A DNA stretch of 64,000 bases from an uncultured Methanosarcinaceae archaeon (lineage in GTDB: Archaea > Halobacteriota > Methanosarcinia > Methanosarcinales > Methanosarcinaceae), in contig CAVRJG010000054.1 of the NCBI GenBank assembly GCA_963721455.1, forward strand, positions 32,001-96,000, in the 5' to 3' direction. Of the stretch, positions 21,999-32,560 are shown one piece after another (positions within the stretch are counted from its first letter, which is position 1; every line of letters starts with the position of its first letter). A program made the position numbers and the translations under genes. The notes beneath the pieces were generated by a model, which was not told the origin of the DNA, ran no database searches, and was given only the letters and a program-made list of their open reading frames with translations.

Positions 21999-22072
21999 TT
22001 AGCAAAGGATAATCATAAAAATCGTTTAGTAAAAGATAATCATAAAAATCGTTTAGTAAAAGATAATCATAA
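21999..22072. repeat. 27-bp tandem repeat (about 2.7 copies) in the divergent pfdB / peptidase promoter region
   Basis: Unit TTAGTAAAAGATAATCATAAAAATCGT. Confidence 0.85.
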
Positions 22073-22146
22073 ATGGACAGTTATAATAAGTCTTATTTAA
22101 CTCAATTTTGACTCTAAATTAACTGATATGCAGGAGATATTCGAAG

Positions 22147-23220
22147 ATGGAAAAAGGCGGAAGTCTTAAAGAAATAAAATCCCTTCTTGAAAAATTCACA
22201 AATGCTCATGGAATTTCAGGCTTTGAAGACGATGTCCGGGAACTTCTTGAAAAGGAGATTGAACCCTATGTTGACACTATCCGCAAAGATAGCATGGGAA
22301 ACCTTATAGCTGCCAAAAAGGGGGAAGGCCCTTCTATAATGCTGGCTGCCCACATGGACGAAATCGGGCTTATGGTCAGGTATATTGATGATAACGGTTT
22401 CCTCCGGTTTGTTGGGATAGGGGGATGGTTTGACCAGACCCTCCTTAACCAGAGAGTTGTAGTTCACGGCAAGAAGGGTTCCATTCCCGGAGTTATCGGG
22501 TCCAAGCCTCCCCACGTAATGAAAGAGGACGACAGGAAAAAGCCTGTGAAAATAGAAGACATGTTTATCGATATCGGAGCAAAAGACAGGGAGGATGCTG
22601 AGAACCTCGGAATTGAGATAGGTACGACAGCCTCAATTGACCGGGTGTTTGTGTCCCTGGCAAATGGAAAGGTCACTTCCAAGGCCTTTGATGACCGCGC
22701 AGGCATCGTAATCCTTATAGAAGTTATGAAACGGCTTTCTAAACATAAAATTGAAGCAAACATCTATGCCGTAGGTACTGTCCAGGAAGAAGTGGGACTG
22801 AAGGGCGCAAGAACCTGTGCTTTCGGGATTTGTCCAAATCTTGCTCTTGCCCTTGACACAACTATTCCGGGGGATCATCCGGGTATCAACAAAACCGATT
22901 CTTCTCTGGAAATCGGGAAAGGCCCTGTAATTACCGTAGCTGACGCATCCGGAAGAGGCCTTATAGCCCACCCGCAGGTTCTTAAGTGGCTGAAGGAAAC
23001 TGCCGCTGAAAATAAGATTCCGTATCAACTGGGCGTTGGTTCCGGGGGCACCACTGATGCCACTTCAATCCATCTCTCAAAGGAAGGTATTCCTACAGGT
23101 ACGGTTAGCATAGCCACCCGCTACATCCATTCCCCGGTTGAGGTTCTGGACACGGCAGATATTGAAGCATGCATTTCCCTGATTGTAAAAGCAATAGAAA
23201 ACGTCGGCAAATATTTTTAA
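22147..23220 (+). CDS. M42 family (TET) aminopeptidase
   Basis: AAHMDEIG, KAFDDRAG, VQEEVG, RYIHSP. Confidence 0.93.
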   Translation: MEKGGSLKEIKSLLEKFTNAHGISGFEDDVRELLEKEIEPYVDTIRKDSMGNLIAAKKGEGPSIMLAAHMDEIGLMVRYIDDNGFLRFVGIGGWFDQTLLNQRVVVHGKKGSIPGVIGSKPPHVMKEDDRKKPVKIEDMFIDIGAKDREDAENLGIEIGTTASIDRVFVSLANGKVTSKAFDDRAGIVILIEVMKRLSKHKIEANIYAVGTVQEEVGLKGARTCAFGICPNLALALDTTIPGDHPGINKTDSSLEIGKGPVITVADASGRGLIAHPQVLKWLKETAAENKIPYQLGVGSGGTTDATSIHLSKEGIPTGTVSIATRYIHSPVEVLDTADIEACISLIVKAIENVGKYF

Positions 23221-23221
23221 A

Positions 23222-23320
23222 GCCCGAGTTTCGCTTCGGGAGCACGAGGTCCTTTTCGCTTCGCTCAAGAGGACTAATTTAGAGGAATTGATATTTCGCT
23301 TCGCTCAAGAGGACTAAATT
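23222..23320. repeat. Dispersed two-hairpin repeat, copy 2 plus a partial copy 3
   Basis: Matches 3031-3090; extra TTTCGCTTCGCTCAAGAGGACTAA at about 23293-23316. Confidence 0.9.
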
Positions 23321-23747
23321 CTAAAGTTGCAGCATTTATACCAGAATTGCGCCTCGGCAGAGTTGCGGCTCTGCAGTGCGCTGTCCTTTTTTCCGTATTT
23401 CCGTAGTTCAACTCTACGTTTAAAAGTAGTGAAGAAATTGTGTTACTTTCCTTTAATCCAGAGTTAGAGACTTTATAAGTGGTAAATTTTTTCATTTTTC
23501 TAAAAATCAGATATATTGTTAACTGGAAACTAAAAATACTATGGTATACCTATTAAAGAAGAGTTTCAGAGACCCGTGGAGTAAATTCGAAGATTTTTCG
23601 GAGAACGTCTGGCTTCTGAGGACAAATATATGTAATATGTATAATTAAATAGGGTTCTGTAAAATAGGGCCAAATAATATAAAATAATGTTTATATAATT
23701 TTCGTATCAGCAGAAAGAATCTATCTTAATAAAAGAAAGACTGAGGG

Positions 23748-25238
23748 ATTGTATTATTCGAAAATATCCGTTTTCTGGACACTACTTTAAGAGATGGTGA
23801 ACAAACACCTGGTGTAGCCCTGACAAGGGAGAAGAAGCTCTTAATCTCCCGAGCCCTTGATGAGATGGGAGTCTCGGTAATTGAAGCCGGTTCTGCAATC
23901 ACTTCCGAAGGTGAAAGGGAGTCTATCAAGGCTGTTGCAAACGCAGGGCTTGATGCCGAAATCTGCAGCTACTGCAGGATTGTAAAGATGGACGTTGACC
24001 ATGCTCTGGAATGCGACGTCGATTCTATCCACCTTGTAGCACCTGTTTCGGATCTTCATATAAGGACGAAGCTCAAAAAGGATCGGGATGCGGTAAGACA
24101 GATTGCAGCCGAAGTAACGGAGTATGCCAAGGACCACGGCCTGATTGTGGAACTGAGCGGGGAAGATGCCTCGCGTGCAGACCTTGAATTCTTAAAGACC
24201 CTGTATGCGGACGGGATAGATGCCGGAGCCGACAGGCTATGTTTCTGCGATACTGTAGGCCTTCTGGTACCTGAAAGGACGACCGAGATTTTCCGGGACC
24301 TTTCTTCCTCCCTGAAAGCCCCGATCAGCATTCACTGCCACAATGACTTCGGTCTCGCAACTGCAAACACGGTTGCTGCCCTTGCGGCAGGGGCAAAGCA
24401 GGCCCATGTAACTATAAATGGGTTAGGGGAAAGAGCCGGAAACGCGGCTCTGGAAGAAGTGGTCATGAGCCTGGAATGGATCTACAAATATGACACGGGC
24501 ATCAAGCACGAGATGATCTATCGGACTTCCAGGCTTGTAAGCCGTCTTACAGGCGTTCCCGTATCTCCCAATAAGGCTCTGGTGGGAGGAAATGCGTTTA
24601 CCCATGAGGCAGGCATTCATGTCCATGGTCTTCTCGCCGACAAGGCAACCTACGAGCCGATGAGTCCCGAATACATCGGAAGGCAGCGCCAGATCGTACT
24701 CGGGAAACATGCAGGACGGAGTTCGATTACCCTTGCCTTAAAGGAAGTGGGGCTTGCGGCTGATGACGCCCAGACAGAGGAGATTTTCAACAGGGTTAAG
24801 CAGATGGGTGACCAGGGAAAACACGTAACCGATGCTGACCTGCAGACTATAGCGGAAACCGTGCTTGATATCTATAAAGAGCCTCTGGTAAAATTAGAAG
24901 AGTTTACCATTGTATCCGGAAACCGGGTGACTCCAACCGCTTCCATAAAGCTCAATGTTAAAGACAAGGTGATCGTACAGGCCGGAATAGGTAACGGGCC
25001 TGTAGATGCTGTAATCAACGCCATCAGAAGAGCTGTAAGTTCCTGTGCGGAAGATATCATCCTTGAAGAATATCACGTAGACTCAATCACCGGCGGAACC
25101 GACGCCCTTGTGGAAGTAAGGGTAAAACTTTCCAAGAACGGAAAGGTAATCACCGCAAGCGGAGCCAGAACGGACATCATCATGGCCTCTGTAGAAGCTG
25201 TGATGAACGGCATGAACCGACTTATCCGGGTCGAGTGA
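23748..25238 (+). CDS. cimA: (R)-citramalate synthase / isopropylmalate synthase family
   Basis: In-frame [14 protein letters not shown] lies upstream of the track's ATG (23865); also HCHND, GERAGNA, HEAGIH, GNGPVDA. Start codon uncertain and apparently non-canonical. Confidence 0.85.
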   Translation: MVLFENIRFLDTTLRDGEQTPGVALTREKKLLISRALDEMGVSVIEAGSAITSEGERESIKAVANAGLDAEICSYCRIVKMDVDHALECDVDSIHLVAPVSDLHIRTKLKKDRDAVRQIAAEVTEYAKDHGLIVELSGEDASRADLEFLKTLYADGIDAGADRLCFCDTVGLLVPERTTEIFRDLSSSLKAPISIHCHNDFGLATANTVAALAAGAKQAHVTINGLGERAGNAALEEVVMSLEWIYKYDTGIKHEMIYRTSRLVSRLTGVPVSPNKALVGGNAFTHEAGIHVHGLLADKATYEPMSPEYIGRQRQIVLGKHAGRSSITLALKEVGLAADDAQTEEIFNRVKQMGDQGKHVTDADLQTIAETVLDIYKEPLVKLEEFTIVSGNRVTPTASIKLNVKDKVIVQAGIGNGPVDAVINAIRRAVSSCAEDIILEEYHVDSITGGTDALVEVRVKLSKNGKVITASGARTDIIMASVEAVMNGMNRLIRVE

Positions 25239-25535
25239 GTTTCAGAAAGGATAAAGCTTCAAAAGTTTCTCAGGGGGACTATCCCGCCCCCTCTTCTTTT
25301 CCTGGTGTAGAAATTTTTGAAACAATGGTTCTCTGGTATTCATTGAGTCCGGAGAAACCCTTATCCATATATAACATGATTGATTATGATGTATTCGCAA
25401 ATTCATAACAAAAGCTTGTGAGTGTGAGAGATAAAAAAGTATTTCTGATAAACACACCTTACTGGAGGCGTACTCATCTTTCCAGGTGAGTCTCCAGTTA
25501 AATCAACATTTCATGAGATAAGAAGGAGTTAAATA

Positions 25536-27302
25536 ATGACAACCGGGTCAACAGAAAAAGTTAATGGCGCAAGGGCTCTGATAAAGTGCCTGGAAGAAGA
25601 AGGGGTTGACACCATCTTCGGATATCCGGGAGGGCAGATCATTCCCTTCTATAACGAACTATATGATTCAAATCTGCGCCACATACTTGTACGCCACGAA
25701 CAGGCAGCAGCTCATGCTGCGGACGGGTACGCCCGCGCTACTGGAAAGACCGGGGTCTGCGTTTCCACCTCAGGTCCCGGAGCAACTAACCTGGTAACAG
25801 GTATTGCTACCGCATATATGGACTCAGTACCCATTGTAGCCTTAACAGGTCAGGTTCCGAGGTTCCTGATCGGTAATGACGCTTTCCAGGAAGCAGATAT
25901 TACGGGAATTACCCAGCCCATTACCAAGCACAACTACCTCGTACAGGATGCAAAAGAACTCCCGAGAATCGTAAAAGAAGCCTTCCATATAGCTTCTACC
26001 GGAAGGCCTGGCCCGGTATTAATTGACCTTCCAAAGGACGTACAGAACGCGGAGATTGACTTTTATTATCCTGACAAAGTAGAACTTAGAGGGTATAAGC
26101 CAACTTACAAAGGCAATATCCAGCAGATCAAACGAGCTGCCAAAGAAATCGCAAATTCCTCAATGCCTATAATTTACGCAGGCGGTGGGGTGATAAGTTC
26201 TAATGCCAGCGCCGAACTTGTGGAACTGGCCGAGACGATCAACGCTCCGGTTACGACTACCCTTATGGGGATAGGCTCAATTCCAACAGAGCATCCTCTA
26301 TATGTCGGGATGCTTGGGATGCATGGGACCAAATACGCAAACTATGCAGTTCAGGAATCCGATCTTATTATTGCCGTGGGCGCAAGGTTTGATGACCGCG
26401 TGACCGGCAAGCTCGAATCCTTTGCTCCCAAAGCCAGGGTTATCCATATTGATGTCGACCCTGCCGAGATTTCCAAGAACGTAAAGGTTCACATTCCAAT
26501 TGTCGGGGATGCAAAACAGGTACTCAAATCTCTGAATAAATATATTCAGCGCTGCAATTCCGGGGCATGGATTGAAAAAATAAACCAGTGGAAAAAGGAA
26601 TATCCCCTTACCTACAGACAGGAATCGCAGGATGTCGTGATGCCTCAGTTTGTTATCGAGCAGATATCCGAAGCCTGCGAGGATGCAATTATCGTTACTG
26701 AAGTCGGGCAGCACCAGATGTGGGCCGCTCAGTTCTTCAAGTACAAAAAGCCCCGCACTTTCCTTACATCAGGTGGGCTCGGCACAATGGGCTACGGTTT
26801 CCCTGCAGCCATAGGAGCGAAGGTCGGCAGGCCGGATAAAACGGTTATCAACATTGCAGGAGACGGCTCTTTCCAGATGAACTCTCAGGAGCTTGCAACC
26901 GCGGTTCAGAACGATATCCCGGTTGTTTCCGTGATCCTGAATAACGGTTATCTGGGCATGGTCAGGCAGTGGCAGGAGCTGTTCTATGAAAGGCGGTATT
27001 CCTACACCTTAATCAAAGGCAGTGTTGACTTTGTTAAGCTGGCCGAAGCCTATGGAGCTCTTGGGCTGCGTGCGGAAAAGCCGTCCGAAGTCAGGCCTGC
27101 AATAGAAGAAGCAGTTAAGTCAGGCAGGCCCGCTGTTGTTGAAGTGATTGTTGAGTGCGAGGCAAATGTCTACCCTATGGTGCCGGCAGGAGCTGCAATC
27201 AATGAGATTCTTGACATGGAGGAACACGCAGATACTCCCTGCGCTATGCCTGATCTGCGCGCTGCAACAGCTGATAGAGTTCTCGACCTGGAGGAACACT
27301 GA
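25536..27302 (+). CDS. ilvB: Acetolactate synthase large subunit
   Basis: [31 protein letters not shown]. Confidence 0.96.
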   Translation: MTTGSTEKVNGARALIKCLEEEGVDTIFGYPGGQIIPFYNELYDSNLRHILVRHEQAAAHAADGYARATGKTGVCVSTSGPGATNLVTGIATAYMDSVPIVALTGQVPRFLIGNDAFQEADITGITQPITKHNYLVQDAKELPRIVKEAFHIASTGRPGPVLIDLPKDVQNAEIDFYYPDKVELRGYKPTYKGNIQQIKRAAKEIANSSMPIIYAGGGVISSNASAELVELAETINAPVTTTLMGIGSIPTEHPLYVGMLGMHGTKYANYAVQESDLIIAVGARFDDRVTGKLESFAPKARVIHIDVDPAEISKNVKVHIPIVGDAKQVLKSLNKYIQRCNSGAWIEKINQWKKEYPLTYRQESQDVVMPQFVIEQISEACEDAIIVTEVGQHQMWAAQFFKYKKPRTFLTSGGLGTMGYGFPAAIGAKVGRPDKTVINIAGDGSFQMNSQELATAVQNDIPVVSVILNNGYLGMVRQWQELFYERRYSYTLIKGSVDFVKLAEAYGALGLRAEKPSEVRPAIEEAVKSGRPAVVEVIVECEANVYPMVPAGAAINEILDMEEHADTPCAMPDLRAATADRVLDLEEH

Positions 27303-27787
27303 TGAAACACACGCTTGCAGTCCTTGTGGAAAATAAGTCCGGGGTTCTCTCCAGGGTGGCGTCACTCTTCTCAAGGCGCGGATACAATATCGACAGCCTG
27401 GCTGTGGGAGTTACGGAAGATCCTGAAATCTCCAGAATGACTATTGTCGTTCACGGAGATGACCATGTGCTTGAACAGGTCACAAAACAGCTGAATAAAC
27501 TCATAGATGTGATCAAGGTCTCGGATATCGGGGGAGACGAAGCGGTAGAAAGGGAACTTGCCCTTATTAAAGTATCAGCTGATGTGGATACTAGATCCGA
27601 AATTATCCAGATTGCAGATATCTTCAGGGCAAGGATAGTGGACGTGGCTCCCAGGTCCATGACTGTCGAAGTAACCGGCGATGAAAGCAAAATTCAGGCA
27701 ATCGAAAAACTTCTCCGGCAGTTTGGAATTAAGGAAATGGCCCGAACAGGCAAGATTGCTCTGGTCCGCGGCCCAAAGAAGGTTTAA
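27302..27787 (+). CDS. ilvN: Acetolactate synthase small subunit
   Basis: [15 protein letters not shown] domain; TGATG stop/start coupling with ilvB. Confidence 0.96.
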   Translation: MKHTLAVLVENKSGVLSRVASLFSRRGYNIDSLAVGVTEDPEISRMTIVVHGDDHVLEQVTKQLNKLIDVIKVSDIGGDEAVERELALIKVSADVDTRSEIIQIADIFRARIVDVAPRSMTVEVTGDESKIQAIEKLLRQFGIKEMARTGKIALVRGPKKV

Positions 27788-28057
27788 ATATTAAGGGCAG
27801 ATTAAGAGAGGTAGCTGCTCAATTATTTTCTACAGATTGGGCAGCCGGAAGCCTTTTCAAACTCTGAAAGCCTTCTAAAAAGTAGGCATGGGTTTCCAGG
27901 CCTCTCCTAAATCTCAAAAAGCTGCCCCTATTCAAAGAAGCAACTTTTCGAAAATTAACTTAATTCTCGAAGCGGACGTATTCCATAGTAGGATACTTTT
28001 CGAAATATTAGAGGGAAATTCGCTCAAAAACTAAATAATTCATCAGGAGAATCGATT

Positions 28058-29065
28058 ATGGCAACGATAATTTATGATAATGAAACCACTTTTGATGCAC
28101 TTAAGGACAAAACCATCGCAGTAATGGGCTACGGAAGCCAGGGCCACGCTCACGCCCGTAACCTCCATGAGTCCGGGCTCAATGTTGTTGTGGGACTCAG
28201 GAACGGAAGCTCCAGCTGGGCAAAAGCCGAAGGTGACGGCCTGAAAGTACTGACTGTGGCAGAAGCTGCAAAAGCTGCAGATATTATCATGATCCTGCTT
28301 CCGGACGAAAAGCAGGCCTCGGTGTACTACTCCGAAATCGAGTCCAACCTGAAAGCTGGGAATGCCCTGGTTTTCGCTCACGGCTTCAATATCCATTATA
28401 ACCAGATAGTGCCTCCGAAAGATGTTGACGTCTTCATGGTCGCTCCCAAAGGTCCGGGCCATATCGTAAGAAGAACCTATACAGAAGGTATCGGAGTGCC
28501 GGGCCTGATTGCAGTCTACCAGGACGCAACCGGAAATGCCAGGGAACTTGCCCTTTCCTATGCCAAGGGAATTGGTGCAACCAGGGCAGGCGTTTACGAG
28601 ACTACTTTCCGTGAGGAAACCGAAACCGATCTTTTCGGGGAACAGGTTGACCTCTGCGGAGGGATCTCATCTCTCATCAAGACAGCTTTTGAGGTGCTTG
28701 TGGAAGCAGGGTACCAGCCCGAAATGGCATATTTCGAAACCTGTCACGAAGTCAAGCTCATTGTGGATCTTATCTACGAAGGAGGGCTTGAGAGAATGTG
28801 GCACTCCGTTTCCAATACCGCAGAATACGGCGGCATGACAGTCGGCCCGAGGATCATTAATGAGGAGTCCCGCGAAGCCATGTATGAAGCTCTGGAAAGG
28901 ATTCAGAACGGTGAATTTGCCAAGGAATTCGTCCTCGAAGGCATGGTCAACCACCCAGTGCTCAAAGCCATGGAACGCCAGGAAAAGGAACACCCGCTTG
29001 AGATTGTCGGAAAGGAAATCAGGGCAAACATCCCCTGGCTCAACAAAAAGATTGACGACGACTGA
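28058..29065 (+). CDS. ilvC: Ketol-acid reductoisomerase
   Basis: [27 protein letters not shown]. Confidence 0.97.
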   Translation: MATIIYDNETTFDALKDKTIAVMGYGSQGHAHARNLHESGLNVVVGLRNGSSSWAKAEGDGLKVLTVAEAAKAADIIMILLPDEKQASVYYSEIESNLKAGNALVFAHGFNIHYNQIVPPKDVDVFMVAPKGPGHIVRRTYTEGIGVPGLIAVYQDATGNARELALSYAKGIGATRAGVYETTFREETETDLFGEQVDLCGGISSLIKTAFEVLVEAGYQPEMAYFETCHEVKLIVDLIYEGGLERMWHSVSNTAEYGGMTVGPRIINEESREAMYEALERIQNGEFAKEFVLEGMVNHPVLKAMERQEKEHPLEIVGKEIRANIPWLNKKIDDD

Positions 29066-29140
29066 TTTTGCTGTGATTTACAGCCTGTGAACAAAAAGCT
29101 CATTAATCTGGAAATATAAAATCAATGCGGAGGGAAAATA

Positions 29141-29683
29141 ATGCCAGTAACAGGAGAAACCAAAGTCATTGACACAATCCTTAACAGGCGGAGCGTCCGG
29201 GAGTTTACGGACAAACCTGTCAGCAAGGAAGATATCAACATAATCCTGAACGCAGGGCACTGGGCTCCTTCCGGATTGAACAACCAGCCCTGGCGCTTCA
29301 TTGTTATCCAAAACAGGGAGACTATCCAGAAACTCTCGGAATGCACTCATTATTCCGGGATCGTAGCAGGGGCTCCCCTGCTTATTGCCACTTTTCTGGA
29401 CAATGAAACTTCCTACAACAGGACAAAAGATATCGAGGCAATCGGGGCTGCAATCCAGAATATGCTCCTTACCTGCTGCGAACTGGACCTTGGCGGGGTC
29501 TGGCTTGGAGAAATCCTGAATCAAAAGGAGAAGGTCAATTCTATTCTGGGATGTCCTTCAAATCTTGAGCTAATGTGCGCTCTCGCAATCGGAGAACCGG
29601 TTCCCAAAGAGAGAACTTCAACACGCAAGCCTCTTTCCGAAATAGTATTTGATGAAAAGTACGGACAAAACTGGGAAGAGTAA
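29141..29683 (+). CDS. Nitroreductase family protein
   Basis: RRSVREF, APSGLNNQPWRF. Confidence 0.92.
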   Translation: MPVTGETKVIDTILNRRSVREFTDKPVSKEDINIILNAGHWAPSGLNNQPWRFIVIQNRETIQKLSECTHYSGIVAGAPLLIATFLDNETSYNRTKDIEAIGAAIQNMLLTCCELDLGGVWLGEILNQKEKVNSILGCPSNLELMCALAIGEPVPKERTSTRKPLSEIVFDEKYGQNWEE

Positions 29684-29706
29684 ACTGTATTTTACCGTAT
29701 ATTTAT

Positions 29707-29884
29707 GGCTCTTCGCTGTTTCGAGTGGGTAATTTACATCCATTTCTAACTATGGAAGTAGCATGCATAAAATTTAAAAACGTTTGTTGTTGAAAATCAC
29801 AGTCAAGCTCGATGTTTTTCATTTTGGCCGGACAACTGTCTAACTAAGCAATTATTTTCAACCCATACAAAACAGCGAAGAGCC
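29707..29884. mobile_element. 178-bp MITE
   Basis: TIRs GGCTCTTCGCTGTTT / AAACAGCGAAGAGCC; 8-bp target duplication ATATTTAT at 29699-29706 and 29885-29892. Confidence 0.88.
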
Positions 29885-29998
29885 ATATTTATAATCTCAT
29901 TAAGGATTAAATTTATAAGCTATTTAGCACTATTACCAGCCAGTTAACTGATTACAGCTTTATCTGCCAGTTAACCGATCATAACTTTTTCACAATGA

Positions 29999-30070
29999 AG
30001 GTCTGTGGTGTAGAGGATATCACTGGAGCCTCCGGAGCTCTTAACCTGGGTTCGATTCCCAGCAGACCTG
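29999..30070 (+). tRNA. tRNA-Arg(CCG)
   Basis: Acceptor stem AGGTCTG/CAGACCT, anticodon arm GGAGC-CTCCGGA-GCTCT, T arm CTGGG-TTCGATT-CCCAG; no encoded CCA. Confidence 0.9.
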
Positions 30071-30099
30071 TTACTGAAAACGTTTAGCAGGTTTACATA

Positions 30100-30282
30100 A
30101 TGGCTCATGGATTAAATCGTCGCTTTCTGCGTGTGGGGAGAAGGAGATTATCTATAGTTCAGTTAATCCTTATAGCAGTGTTACTGTACTTCTTGCTACG
30201 GATCCTTTTGCCGCTTGTGTGGACGCTTATTTTAATCCTTGCTCTAATCCTACTATTAAAAGTAGTTCTGGAAAATATTTAA
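30100..30282 (+). CDS. Small hydrophobic membrane protein
   Basis: 60 aa; basic N-terminus then two hydrophobic stretches. Confidence 0.55.
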   Translation: MAHGLNRRFLRVGRRRLSIVQLILIAVLLYFLLRILLPLVWTLILILALILLLKVVLENI

Positions 30283-30466
30283 TAAATTTTTTATGTGTGT
30301 TTCAGATATTTCTGAAATTCGGGATGTTGGAACGTTTTATCTGGAAACAGAAGTAAATTATTTAATAAATCCTTTGATTTTTTGATTGAGCTATATGGTT
30401 AAATTTGTGAATACTTTAGATCATCTTGATGAATTGAACATAACAGATTGTTAAAAAGTGTATAAC

Positions 30467-30871
30467 ATGTCGATAAAGAAACGGAGAAGAGGCACTGCAA
30501 TTGTTGAAACTCCTGGGGGCATACTGGTAGTTTCTGGTAGAGGGGAAGTGTATATTTTACCGGGTGGTGGGGCTAACAAAGGAGAATCACGAACCGAAGC
30601 AGCTATTCGAGAGTTAAAAGAGGAAACTGGGTTAATTGCAACTGATGTCAGTTTTCTTTTCAGGCACGTAGGATGTGTACATAAATCATATTCAGGTGGA
30701 TACTTTGAAGATCATCATACTGTATGTTTAATACGTGCAAGTGGTATTGCGAGACCATACAATGAAGTAAAATGCGTGGGGTATTATTCTTCAAATTCAG
30801 AAATTAAGATCTCTAGAACGACGAAAGAAATAATAGATCGATTTTACGAGTTTAAAAGGACGATGGCTTAA
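30467..30871 (+). CDS. NUDIX hydrolase
   Basis: Nudix box PGGGANKGESRTEAAIRELKEETGL. Confidence 0.9.
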   Translation: MSIKKRRRGTAIVETPGGILVVSGRGEVYILPGGGANKGESRTEAAIRELKEETGLIATDVSFLFRHVGCVHKSYSGGYFEDHHTVCLIRASGIARPYNEVKCVGYYSSNSEIKISRTTKEIIDRFYEFKRTMA

Positions 30872-30973
30872 AATAATGAAATCGCATACTGTAAAGATTG
30901 TCTGTACAGAACCGGACTCAAAAAAGTAGAATAGTATAAATTAGTAATCGGTTAACGAATTTTATGCACAACT

Positions 30974-31207
30974 TTGAATGCAATGTATAACTTTAAAACT
31001 CATGGTGGACAGATAAAAGCACAGAACCCGGTAACCTTTGAAAATTGGTTCCTTGTATGCCTGAGAAAGTGCAAGAAAAAAGGAGCTGAATTTACTTTTC
31101 TGTGTCATGGATTGGTCCGGATCCAATGGCCGGGAAAGGATGCAATCTTTAGAACGGTTGAAGACTTCGAGAGGGAATACGAAAACGAGCATCTCTCTAA
31201 GTTCTAA
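30974..31207 (+). CDS. Hypothetical protein
   Basis: 77-aa ORF co-oriented with its neighbours. Confidence 0.5.
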   Translation: MNAMYNFKTHGGQIKAQNPVTFENWFLVCLRKCKKKGAEFTFLCHGLVRIQWPGKDAIFRTVEDFEREYENEHLSKF

Positions 31208-31269
31208 TCTTTCTTTTCCCGAAAGTGGTATATGTTGCGCTCCACTTAGAACAGAGAAGAGGTTATACA

Positions 31270-31677
31270 ATGACTGAAACAAAACGCAGGCAGGGACAGA
31301 ACGGCGCGAAGCCTAAAACCATATGCCCGAAGTGTGAAAAAGAATATCTCAAAACTGCTTTTGGTACTGAAATAAAAAAATTCGTGAGGGTAGGCCAATA
31401 TTGTCCTAATCCTGCTTGTGATTATATGATTAAGGACTTTGTTGAGCTGGCAGACGATGAAGAAGAAAACGTGGATGAAGTCAAAGACTTTGCAGAAGCT
31501 TGTTGTGATCAGAAAAGCTTAAAAGAGCTTAAAGACGCTCTTGCAAGAGAAGCAGACGAAACCGATATGAAAACATGGGGCTTAACCGAAGCTCAGTGGC
31601 GAGAAGCTATCGAGGTTGCTATAATTGCAATGGAGAATAACCTCAGTGTAGATGAAGCAATCAAATGTATTTCTTAA
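31270..31677 (+). CDS. Hypothetical zinc-ribbon protein
   Basis: CPKC...CPNPAC; GAGGT RBS before ATG 31270. Confidence 0.6.
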   Translation: MTETKRRQGQNGAKPKTICPKCEKEYLKTAFGTEIKKFVRVGQYCPNPACDYMIKDFVELADDEEENVDEVKDFAEACCDQKSLKELKDALAREADETDMKTWGLTEAQWREAIEVAIIAMENNLSVDEAIKCIS

Positions 31678-31700
31678 TCTAATTTCCTTTTATAGGGCAT

Positions 31701-31841
31701 ATGGAGATAAGAAAGCCGATGAAGAAGAAAACGAAACTACTTAAAACCCCACTAAAACCCTTTGCTGTTACGTTTTGGGCGTTTGTGGTTGTAACCATGG
31801 CCGTTATTGGGTTATTTTTGAGACGGAAGAAGGCGCACTAA
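31701..31841 (+). CDS. Putative 46-aa single-TM peptide
   Basis: MEIRKPMKKKTKLLKTPLKPFAVTFWAFVVVTMAVIGLFLRRKKAH; below the track cutoff; alternative start 31719. Confidence 0.4.
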   Translation: MEIRKPMKKKTKLLKTPLKPFAVTFWAFVVVTMAVIGLFLRRKKAH

Positions 31842-31987
31842 TAACACAGCAATTACTTTTTTATTTCCTTTTTAATTACTGAGTAAACTTTTTAAAGATC
31901 AACTCTCTAAATAACAGTATGTCCTTTGATTTGCTGCATACAAAGAGCTTGTAAAGAGGGTTATAAGACAAAAAGAGCAGGAATAAA

Positions 31988-32203
31988 ATGATTAGCCGAA
32001 AAAAGTGTATTAAGAACCTAAATGAACTGATCGAAGTAATAGACAAAGAAACCAATGAGCTATGCGAAGGTTTCTATGTAGGTCACCCACAACAAGATAT
32101 GTGGAGTGATGAAACGACCAGGGAATTTAAAAATTTGATTGGACCGTGCAAGGAAGTCAGGGAGAATGTGGGGAATTTAATTAATTATTTTTCTGATGAG
32201 TAA
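31988..32203 (+). CDS. Hypothetical protein
   Basis: 71-aa ORF with AGGA upstream. Confidence 0.5.
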   Translation: MISRKKCIKNLNELIEVIDKETNELCEGFYVGHPQQDMWSDETTREFKNLIGPCKEVRENVGNLINYFSDE

Positions 32204-32240
32204 AAAACACAGTCTAAGTTGAACAAACGTTAATTTCAAT

Positions 32241-32390
32241 GGTTCTGTTGCAAAAAATCTGGCTTTTTTACAAAATCAGTGAAAACCATCACAAATAGGA
32301 AAGTTAATCATTTTCATTAGAAATAAAATGACACATAAAGGTGAAAATTATAGTGTCAAATTGCAGAAATATTATTTTTGCAACGGAACC
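32241..32390. mobile_element. 150-bp non-autonomous IS6-type element
   Basis: Ends GGTTCTGTTGCAAAAA and TTTTTGCAACGGAACC match the IS6 end at 33133; no target duplication seen. Confidence 0.75.
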
Positions 32391-32560
32391 GTCTATTCTT
32401 ATAAAAAGTTTCATCTTTTCTCTAATTAATTCGTAACTATTCAGGCAGCATTCTAAGGCTCCAAACTTTTTCCACGAGAAAGGTTCTATATCTAATTGAT
32501 GATGTCAATTACAATTACAAACTTATGGATGAAATAAATTATAATTAGGAGTGGATAAAA

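Noticed and set aside
23749-23790. TTG-started mini-ORF ending CTT-TAA, resembling a prfB-type frameshift into cimA
   Set aside because: A +1 shift gives the wrong frame, and the conserved DTT residues lie upstream of the site in the main frame.
183-29524. Many antisense or overlapping ORFs in the track (e.g. 577-993, 6535-7119, 8459-9124, 17265-17972)
   Set aside because: Shadows of well-supported genes on the other strand or frame, with no motifs of their own.
29937-29988. GCCAGTTAAC direct repeat upstream of the tRNA
   Set aside because: Two degenerate copies, with no further support for function.
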